The notes beneath the pieces were generated by a model. The model was given only the letters and a program-made list of their open reading frames with translations, searched no databases and had not been told where the DNA came from. Position numbers and translations under genes: made by a program. 64,000 bases of DNA from Candidatus Hydrogenedentota bacterium (lineage in GTDB: Bacteria; Hydrogenedentota; Hydrogenedentia; Hydrogenedentales; JAEUWI01): positions 1 through 64,000 of the forward strand of contig JAXMOL010000014.1 of NCBI GenBank assembly GCA_034669905.1, written 5' to 3'. Of this stretch, positions 56,830 to 64,000 are shown in pieces. Within the stretch, counting starts at the first letter, position 1; each line of letters starts with the position of its first letter.

Positions 56830-59313
56830 ATGTTACTTCCACTTTGTCTCAGCGCACTGCTTGCCGCGGGCCCTGTCCCGCCGCTACCCCTGCCCGAGTT
56901 GACTGCCATCTCAATCGATGGCGACACGAACGACTGGGCACAGAACGGCCATGCTATCCCGATCATGGGACCCATCGGCGAAACGCTGTCCGGCCCCCAG
57001 GACCTCGATGCCCGGGCCACGCTCGGCTGGTGCAATGCCGGACTCCTCGCGGCGTTCACGGTCCGGGATGATGAATTGGTCGCCGCCAATGAACACGGAT
57101 TCCGGGGAGACCGGGTCGACCTCCATCTCGCCTCCCAGGGCGATCCTATGGCCCGCATTCACCTGCGCATCACGGGTATGGAGACGCCCGAGGCCCTCCG
57201 CGCCATGATCGACTACCCCAAGCCCAGCCGAAATGCGGCGGACGATGGCGTGCAGGTCGCGGCCCGACGCCAGGAAACAGGCTACACCCTTGAAGTGCTC
57301 CTCCCCTGGACTGAGACCCTCCAACCCGGCGCAGATGGCGCCCTCGGCGTTCAGTGCAGTGTGTCGGACATGGATAGCGACGGCCCCCTCCATCGCGTCA
57401 GTTGGTATCCGGCCGACGATTGGGCCCCCGAAGGGGTCGCCACCTTTCCCGTGCGCTTCACCGCCGAAAAGCACCCACGCCCTGCTATATGGACGAAAAT
57501 CACCTTCGACGAACACGGGCGAACTGCGTGTCATATGCTCACGCGGAACCCCGACTTGTCCACCCAACTCACCCTGGGCGCACACCGTCACGACGTCCAG
57601 TTCGAAACGCATAACGGCTGGCAGGAAGCCCGCTTTCACCTCCCCCTGCCCGACGACACCGACCAGGCCGTGCTGGTTCAGGGCGAGTCCACGTGGCAGC
57701 TCCCCCTGCCCGATGTGAGGGACTATCGCGCACGTGCCCTCATGGTCCTCCCCCTGCGCTTTGATCCGCCCGTGTTTTCCAGCGCCACCTTCCCGCCCGT
57801 TGGCTTCGAAAACGTGCTGCTGGCAGAACGCCTCCTGGGGACCTACGAAATCGAAACAACCTACTACGACGCCGAATACAACATCGTTGACCAACCGGAG
57901 GCACCCGGACGCTACGGTGCCGTGGTCACCGTCACCTCGGAAAGCGGCGACACCCTCACCCGCTTCCGCACCCTCTTTCGCGCACCCCGAACGACCAATG
58001 ACTTCGCCTGGAACTTCGTGCCCCAGCCCCCGGCTGACGGCGCCATCCCCCCCCATCTCTACGCCGACGATGCCTTCGTGCCCCAACCGGGCCACCCGGC
58101 CGTTACGCCCTTTATTCATGAACAACTCGGTCGTGCCATGCGCACCCACCACAGCAGTGCCGCACTCCTGGCCGCCCTCCATGAAGACGCCCAATCGGGC
58201 ACAATCGACGGGGAACACACGGCCAGAGAGCGGGATCGCCAGTGGTGGGTCGGCCTCAAACGCCAGCATTACGTCAGCGATCGCGAGATGGACGTCCCCT
58301 TTGTCGCGCCCCGCCGTTTCGTGGGCGAGCCGGCCCCCACCCTACGCGACGGCACGGAAGTCGAAGCGGGCATGAAGGCAGGCGTCTCGGACGCCCTGGA
58401 CGCCCACCTCAACGCCTGGGCCGCCGACAGCAACGAGGCCTTCGCCGTGGCCGTCGTCTCCCAAGGCGTGCTCTTCTACCACAAGGCCTTCGGCGAGCGA
58501 AACGGCGTGCCCATGACCGTCGACACGCCCAGCTGGATGGCCTCCATCACCAAGCTCATTTCCGGCACCACCATGATGACCCTGGTCGACGCGGGCCGGG
58601 TCGACCTCGATGACCGGGTGGACGCCTACCTGCCCGCCCTGAAATATATCGATGTGCCTCGGCCGCTCCAGGTCCGCGATCTCTATAACCACACCAATGG
58701 CCTCGCCCTCAACATCAAATACCCCGAGGCCTACCGGGACCACTGGGGCGACCAGCTCCACGACCTGGAAGAAATCGTTGCGGGCTATTACCCCCACCTC
58801 AAGGTGCGCCAGCGGCTGGGCTACAACGGCGTGGGCTACGCCCTCGGTGGCAAGATCATGGAAATGGTCAGCGGCGAATCCCTGCCCACCTTCTACCACA
58901 ATCACCTCTTCGGCCCCCTGGGTATGGAACACACCACCGTGCCCGATGGCTCCGCCCACGGCTTCAGCACCCCCCGCGACATGGCCGCCTTCGGCCAGAT
59001 GCTCCTGAACAAGGGCAGCTATGGCCCCTGGCGCTTCTTCCGCCCCGAAACCTTCGCGCAAATGCTTCCCCGCCCCTTGCACGAAACGGCCGGACTCGAC
59101 ACCGACCGGAGCTGGGGCGTCGGGGCTGTCTGGATGGGTGGCAATGGGTTGAGTGAGCGCACCTTCGGACACGGGGCGGCGTCGGCCGCTACCCTGCGGA
59201 TTGACCCGGAAAATGAGCTGGTCATCGTCATGTGCCGCAACGCCGCCGGAGACAACTACGGCACCTACCATCCCCGCTTCCTGGAAATCATTGCCGAGCA
59301 CCTTGCACGGTAG
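56830..59313 (+). CDS. Exported CBM9/DOMON-like + serine hydrolase (beta-lactamase family) fusion
   Basis: Signal peptide; 'IDGDTNDW...VRDD...GDRVDL...GYTLEVLLPW'; C-terminal 'ASITK', 'LYNHTNG', 'FGHG'. Confidence 0.8.
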   Translation: MLLPLCLSALLAAGPVPPLPLPELTAISIDGDTNDWAQNGHAIPIMGPIGETLSGPQDLDARATLGWCNAGLLAAFTVRDDELVAANEHGFRGDRVDLHLASQGDPMARIHLRITGMETPEALRAMIDYPKPSRNAADDGVQVAARRQETGYTLEVLLPWTETLQPGADGALGVQCSVSDMDSDGPLHRVSWYPADDWAPEGVATFPVRFTAEKHPRPAIWTKITFDEHGRTACHMLTRNPDLSTQLTLGAHRHDVQFETHNGWQEARFHLPLPDDTDQAVLVQGESTWQLPLPDVRDYRARALMVLPLRFDPPVFSSATFPPVGFENVLLAERLLGTYEIETTYYDAEYNIVDQPEAPGRYGAVVTVTSESGDTLTRFRTLFRAPRTTNDFAWNFVPQPPADGAIPPHLYADDAFVPQPGHPAVTPFIHEQLGRAMRTHHSSAALLAALHEDAQSGTIDGEHTARERDRQWWVGLKRQHYVSDREMDVPFVAPRRFVGEPAPTLRDGTEVEAGMKAGVSDALDAHLNAWAADSNEAFAVAVVSQGVLFYHKAFGERNGVPMTVDTPSWMASITKLISGTTMMTLVDAGRVDLDDRVDAYLPALKYIDVPRPLQVRDLYNHTNGLALNIKYPEAYRDHWGDQLHDLEEIVAGYYPHLKVRQRLGYNGVGYALGGKIMEMVSGESLPTFYHNHLFGPLGMEHTTVPDGSAHGFSTPRDMAAFGQMLLNKGSYGPWRFFRPETFAQMLPRPLHETAGLDTDRSWGVGAVWMGGNGLSERTFGHGAASAATLRIDPENELVIVMCRNAAGDNYGTYHPRFLEIIAEHLAR

Positions 59314-59400
59314 ACGGTAAAAACAGGCATAATATGACCGTCAACAATTTATTGGGTCGGGGCATCCTCCCTCGTAGTACCCGGAACCGACAGGTCCTCC

Positions 59401-60123
59401 ATGAACAACACCACCCTCATTGAGAGCACGGAAAAGGTCGCCCGCTCCGTCGTTCCCATACTGTCCGTATTTCCCCATGCGCCGCAGAAACTCATGATTT
59501 GCGGCACCGGCTTCTTTATCCACGAGCGGGGCTGCCTCGCCACGGCCTCCCACGTCGCCCGCCTGGAACATAAGTGGGTGCTCTACGACGGCACCCTGCT
59601 CGAGTGCGACGTCATGGCCGAGCAACTCACCATCAACAAAGAAAAAGACGACCCGCGCATGAAACATGCCTGGGATATTGGCGTCTTGCAGGTTCAGGCA
59701 CCGCAGAAAACCTTCCACCCCTTGGGTTTATCCAACAAACTCCACTTTCGCCGGGGCGAACCCATCGCCCAGTATGGTTATTACGACCAGGGCGTAAAAT
59801 ACAAGGTAGGCTCCATTACCGGACTCAACGGCTTGCTGACCACCGGCATTGTCAGCGCCTCCACCAATATCCGCATCGGCCACATCGAAATGGGCAGTCG
59901 ACTCATCCTCGACATCAGTGCCGGCCCCGGCAGTAGCGGCAGCCCCGTCTTCGACCCGGAGAATGGTGATGTCCTCGGCATGATCGTATCCGGCAAGGAA
60001 AAACAGGTGCTCGGGCCGGGGCCCAGCCCCACCGAGATGAAAATTGAGCATATTCCCCTGGGTATCGCCTACTCCGACCCCGTCATCCACCTGGGTATGT
60101 GGCTTCAACGATTTGTGTCCTGA
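59401..60123 (+). CDS. Trypsin-like serine protease
   Basis: 'CGTGFFI', 'TASHV', 'DIGVL', 'GSSGSPVF'; no signal peptide or PDZ domain. Confidence 0.82.
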   Translation: MNNTTLIESTEKVARSVVPILSVFPHAPQKLMICGTGFFIHERGCLATASHVARLEHKWVLYDGTLLECDVMAEQLTINKEKDDPRMKHAWDIGVLQVQAPQKTFHPLGLSNKLHFRRGEPIAQYGYYDQGVKYKVGSITGLNGLLTTGIVSASTNIRIGHIEMGSRLILDISAGPGSSGSPVFDPENGDVLGMIVSGKEKQVLGPGPSPTEMKIEHIPLGIAYSDPVIHLGMWLQRFVS

Positions 60124-60300
60124 ACAACACGGGTTTTCGCAACGTTGCGCCCGGCTATGCTATTATTCGGGATTCCAAGCGTGCGATTTCGGGCCATGCT
60201 GCTTCCCACCGTCAGGGTGGATCGCCCGGCGCAAAAGCAACGCCCCGGCTATCCCGCGGGCCACAATGAACGTAGCAGCCCGCAAGAGAAAGTACCCGTA

Positions 60301-61149
60301 ATGGAATCCCTGATTCGGAAAACCATCGCGGCCGCCCTGGAAGAAGACCTGGGCCACGGCGATGCTACAACCAACGCCCTGGTGCCCCCGGCGGCACGCT
60401 GCAACGCACGCCTCGTGGCCAAGCAGGACGGCGTCTTGAGCGGTATGGAGGTCTTTCGCCAGGTCTTTGAGGCCCTGGACACCGATCTCCAGGCCTGGAA
60501 GGCCGCCCAGGACGGCGATAGGGCCAAAAAGGGCGACGTCGTCGTCTCCTTTGAAGGCAAGACCCGGGCCGTCCTCGCTGGCGAGCGTACCGCCCTGAAC
60601 TTCCTCCAGCACCTTTCAGGCATTGCGACCCTGACCCATTCTTTTGCGGCCCTTATCCAGGACCTGCCCTGTCAGATCTGCGACACCCGCAAAACGACGC
60701 CCCTCCTCCGTAATCTGGAGAAGGCCGCCGTGCGCCATGGGGGCGGCTCCAATCACCGCCACAACCTGACCGATGGCATCCTGATCAAGGAAAACCACAT
60801 TGCCGCCGCAGGCGACATCGAAACCGCTATCACGCGGGCACGGACCGCCGCCCACCACCTCATGAAGGTGGAAATCGAAGTCACCAACCTCGACGAACTC
60901 CGTCAGGCCCTCAACGCCGGGGCCGATGTGGTCATGCTGGATAATATGGACAATGCCACCATGACGGAAGCCGTGGCCATCAACAAGGAGCTGACCGGTG
61001 GCCGCAGCAAGCTGGAAGCCAGTGGCAATGTTTCCCTGGAACGGGTCCGCGCCATGGCCGAAACGGGTGTGGATATCATTTCTATCGGCGCCCTGACCCA
61101 CTCGGCACCTTCCCTCGACATCTCGCTCCTCATTGAAACCCGTGAATAA
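60301..61149 (+). CDS. nadC: Nicotinate-nucleotide diphosphorylase (carboxylating)
   Basis: 'ALEED...GDATT', 'ERTALN', 'DTRKTTP', 'LIKENH', 'MLDN', 'EASG', 'GALTHS'. Confidence 0.96.
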   Translation: MESLIRKTIAAALEEDLGHGDATTNALVPPAARCNARLVAKQDGVLSGMEVFRQVFEALDTDLQAWKAAQDGDRAKKGDVVVSFEGKTRAVLAGERTALNFLQHLSGIATLTHSFAALIQDLPCQICDTRKTTPLLRNLEKAAVRHGGGSNHRHNLTDGILIKENHIAAAGDIETAITRARTAAHHLMKVEIEVTNLDELRQALNAGADVVMLDNMDNATMTEAVAINKELTGGRSKLEASGNVSLERVRAMAETGVDIISIGALTHSAPSLDISLLIETRE

Positions 61150-61184
61150 GCCGCGGCCAATCGCGTCCAATTGGATGAAAACGT

Positions 61185-61964
61185 ATGTTACTCGTCATTG
61201 ATGTAGGCAACTCCCATACCGTGCTGGGCCTCTATAAAGAGGAATCCCTGCAGGGACAGTGGCGGGTGGTCACCAACAATTACCGCACCGGCGATGAATT
61301 GCGCATCCTCTTCTCCATGCTCTTGCAGGGCGAAGGCGTGAAGCCCAGCGCCATTGACGGCTGCTGTATCTCCAGCGTGGTGCCCCAACTCAACATGGCC
61401 TTGCAGGAAGTCTGTCAGACCGCCTTTGGGGTTACGCCCCTCATGGTCGGGCCCGGCGTCAAGACCGGACTCCAGTTGCAGTGTGACAATCCGAAAGAGG
61501 TGGGTGCCGACCGCATCGTCAATGCGGTGGGGGCCATTGAATCCTACGAAGGTGCCCTTATCATTATTGATTTTGGAACGGCCACTACGTTTGATGCCGT
61601 CACCGAAAAAGCCGAGTGGCGTGGTGGGGCCATTGTGCCCGGCGTCCAGCTTTCAGCCGAGGCCCTCTTTGAACACTGCGCCAAACTGCCCCGTGTCGAG
61701 CTCAGCCGACCCACCCAGGTTATCGGACGGGACACGGCCAGCAACATCCGCTCGGGATTGATCTTCGGCTACGCCGACCTTGTCGACGGCCTCGTACGCC
61801 GTTTCAGCGAAGAGATGGGCGGCAAGCCCACCGTGGTCGCCACGGGTGGCCTCGCTTCCCTCATCGCCGATGTGGGCCACTCCATTGATGTCATCGACCC
61901 CCTCCTGACCCTGTCGGGTCTTAAGGCCGTCTATCGGCGCAATAGCAAGGTGGCCACCCCGTGA
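61185..61964 (+). CDS. coaX: Type III pantothenate kinase
   Basis: 'IDVGNS', 'SSVVP', 'GADR', 'DFGTATT', 'GGAIVPG', 'ATGG'. Confidence 0.96.
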   Translation: MLLVIDVGNSHTVLGLYKEESLQGQWRVVTNNYRTGDELRILFSMLLQGEGVKPSAIDGCCISSVVPQLNMALQEVCQTAFGVTPLMVGPGVKTGLQLQCDNPKEVGADRIVNAVGAIESYEGALIIIDFGTATTFDAVTEKAEWRGGAIVPGVQLSAEALFEHCAKLPRVELSRPTQVIGRDTASNIRSGLIFGYADLVDGLVRRFSEEMGGKPTVVATGGLASLIADVGHSIDVIDPLLTLSGLKAVYRRNSKVATP

Positions 61965-62563
61965 GGCGGGGCGCACTGCTCATAGCCGTCCTGCCGTTGG
62001 CCCTGGCCGCATGCACTCAGCCCGCCCGAGAGACGACGCCTGCCAATGATTCGAACCTGGCCCCCACGTCGGAAAGCATGCCGGAAGACGTGATGGAAAA
62101 CATCGAGATGTCGCTCTGGCCATCGGGCGACTCGGCCCAACAAAGTCAGAAGCCTGTGCTCTCCATCAGCGCCAGTCGCTTCACCGGCTCCATGGGCTCA
62201 GACAGCGAATGGGCCTTTGAAGATGCCGTCGCCGTCGCACCAGCCCAGGACGCGGACCATGTGGACATTCGCTTTGAAGCTGCCCGCGGTGTGTTTCGTG
62301 AAGATCAGCGGGCCACCCTGCAAGGGGGCGTGACGGCCTATATGAACGAGATGACCATTTATCTGGAAGACATTACCTGGGAAATCGCTTCGGACGATAT
62401 GGAAGGAAGCCCTGCGGGCCGTGCCTACAGCACCAATCCCCTTCGTATCGACAGCCCCACCCAGAAACTGGAAGCGACCAGCATGACCTTGAACCCTGAA
62501 ACCGCTATCATCGAGTTAACCGATGTGGTGGGCGAGTTTTTTCTTGGAGAACAACAGCCATGA
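61961..62563 (+). CDS. lptC: LptC-like beta-jellyroll lipoprotein
   Basis: Position directly before lptA/lptB; lipobox LAAC; beta-strand pattern 'ATLQGGV', 'EDITW'. Confidence 0.55.
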   Translation: MRRGALLIAVLPLALAACTQPARETTPANDSNLAPTSESMPEDVMENIEMSLWPSGDSAQQSQKPVLSISASRFTGSMGSDSEWAFEDAVAVAPAQDADHVDIRFEAARGVFREDQRATLQGGVTAYMNEMTIYLEDITWEIASDDMEGSPAGRAYSTNPLRIDSPTQKLEATSMTLNPETAIIELTDVVGEFFLGEQQP

Positions 62564-63459
62564 AACGAGTATGCGTGACTTTGACGACCCTGGCCCTGCT
62601 GATGGCCCTTCCCGTCTTCGCCCAGGGCGGGGCCGATGGCTATGACCTCATGTCGGTCAAGGCTGGCCTGATGCGTGGCAACATCAACACCAACCGCCCC
62701 GAGAGCTTTTCCGGCGGGGCCCACATTGTGTTGAAGGCCAGCGACGGTACCAAACCCGAAATGCCCATCAAGGCGAGCACCATCACCTTCACCTGGAAGG
62801 ACGGACAGACCACGCCCGCCCTCATCAAGATGGAAGGCAATGTGGATATCCGCCACCCCGACGCCAAAATCACGGCACAGCGGGCCGACTGGAACCTCGA
62901 GACCGGCGACCTCGTCTTCACCGGCAACCCGGTCATGGACTCTCCCGCGCTCAAGGGTCTCCGCGCCAAAAAAATCAGCATCAACCTGAACACGGGCGCC
63001 TACGAACTCGAGCAGGGGGAAGTGGATGAAGCTCCCCTGGAAAGCATGGACAGCGGCAGTGGAAGCAGCAGCGGCCCGGCCCTTCCCGGCGAACTGGCCG
63101 AGAGCGATGTGACCGACTGGGAAGGCCTCATCAATGCCATCAAGGCCCAGGGTCAGGCCGAAGGGGATAACCCCGGCAAACAGATCCTGAAGCAGTTGGA
63201 TGAAAAAACCCGGGGCTTCCTCCAATCGGTGGACACCCCCGTATTGGTCAACAACAAAGGCGACATCCTCAAGCAAATCAATGGCGTCATCCGTCGGCCG
63301 GGTATGTTCAAGCGGGCAGCCTGGGAAAGTCAGGGCATCACCCTGTCGGACGAACTCGAATCCCTGCTGAATATCTCGCAGCAGACGCCAGAGCAACAGG
63401 CACGACAGAACCGCCTCCTACTTCAGGCCGCCTATCCCGACATGATTAAGGCCCTCTAG
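62560..63459 (+). CDS. lptA: LptA/OstA-like periplasmic protein with a C-terminal helical extension
   Basis: Signal peptide; 'MEGNVDI...ITAQRADW...LVFTGNP...AKKISINL'; lies upstream of lptB. Confidence 0.7.
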   Translation: MKRVCVTLTTLALLMALPVFAQGGADGYDLMSVKAGLMRGNINTNRPESFSGGAHIVLKASDGTKPEMPIKASTITFTWKDGQTTPALIKMEGNVDIRHPDAKITAQRADWNLETGDLVFTGNPVMDSPALKGLRAKKISINLNTGAYELEQGEVDEAPLESMDSGSGSSSGPALPGELAESDVTDWEGLINAIKAQGQAEGDNPGKQILKQLDEKTRGFLQSVDTPVLVNNKGDILKQINGVIRRPGMFKRAAWESQGITLSDELESLLNISQQTPEQQARQNRLLLQAAYPDMIKAL

Positions 63460-63526
63460 GGGACCCAAGTAGCCCGTTGCTTTGTTACGTCGCAACACGA
63501 ACCACCTTCGATTCCCGTAAATACGC

Positions 63527-63601
63527 CCCTCCTCGGAGGGGCTGGGGGTGGGTCAAGTCTCGCGAGGAGCGCAAACCCACCGCTGCCCCCTCCGAGGAGG
63601 G
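63527..63601. repeat. REP-like inverted doublet (family C)
   Basis: CCCTCCTCGGAGGGGCTGGGGGTGGGT ... ACCCACCGCTGCCCCCTCCGAGGAGGG. Confidence 0.72.
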
Positions 63602-63685
63602 CTATCCTTCGGTACAGACGATGATTGTCTCTTCCGCCCCCTATTCCCCTATACTTCCTATCAATTCGTCAGGAGGAACCAACAC

Positions 63686-64000
63686 GTGAGCAAAAAGAAA
63701 CCCGCCCTGCTCCATACCGAGGGCCTCGAAAAATCCTTCAAGAAACGGAAGGTGGTTCGGGGCGTCTCTATTGCGGTCAACCCCGGTGAAGTCGTCGGTC
63801 TCCTCGGCCCCAACGGTGCGGGTAAAACTACCACCTTCAGCATGACCGTAGGACTCCTCCGTCCCGATGCGGGAAGCATCGTCTATGACGGCAAGGACAT
63901 TACGCGCCTCCCCATGTATCAGCGGGCCCAGCAGGGCATTGCCTACCTGCCCCAGGAAGCCTCCGTCTTTCGACAGCTCACCGTGCGGCAGAATGTCCTC
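63686..64000 (+). CDS. lptB: LPS export ABC ATPase LptB (truncated by the window edge)
   Basis: AGGAGG RBS and GTG start; hand translation gives '[16 protein letters not shown]...[28 protein letters not shown]'. Confidence 0.93.
   Translation, partial: MSKKKPALLHTEGLEKSFKKRKVVRGVSIAVNPGEVVGLLGPNGAGKTTTFSMTVGLLRPDAGSIVYDGKDITRLPMYQRAQQGIAYLPQEASVFRQLTVRQNVL

Noticed and set aside
59401..60123. Protease of an anti-phage or conflict system
   Set aside because: No partner NTPase, effector or sensor gene is adjacent; it is flanked by a hydrolase and nadC.

Overview
A GC-rich bacterial chromosomal segment with about 45 genes and no rRNA, tRNA, CRISPR array, integrase or transposase that I can recognise. 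The organism is inferred to be Candidatus Hydrogenedentota, from a (Gly-Glu)n/EF-hand/CFI-box surface protein and the form of its DUF1559 prepilin. From left to right the window contains: a surface-glycan locus (GT-C transferase, TPR protein, wzm/wzt, repeat-bearing FkbM methyltransferase); a beta-helix protein; slyD; an epimerase-DHDPS-NRAMP-like operon; pilT behind a heptamer microsatellite; a 1333-aa CFI-box-CTERM surface protein next to an Lgt-family gene and a cohesin-like protein; a Zn-ribbon/Ser-Thr kinase/FGE-like protein; FKBP; two PQQ-dehydrogenase lipoprotein paralogues; a DUF1559 prepilin-PepSY-TM-small protein unit with its own promoter and palindromic operator; a vWA-OmpA lipoprotein; inositol oxygenase; an MFS-acyltransferase; gspF/pilC; arsM-like; algI/algJ-like; sulfatases and a sulfotransferase; a PAS kinase; and nadC-coaX-lptC-lptA-lptB. 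Intergenic DNA carries at least three REP/REPIN-like palindrome families. The best candidates for undescribed systems are (1) a DUF1559 pilin sitting where a TonB-dependent receptor usually sits in a PepSY-type metal-uptake operon, (2) a FkbM glycan-capping enzyme with a 12-residue repeat that may act as a ruler, and (3) a CFI-box/Lgt/cohesin surface-anchoring cluster. All calls come from motif recognition by eye; no database searches were run.
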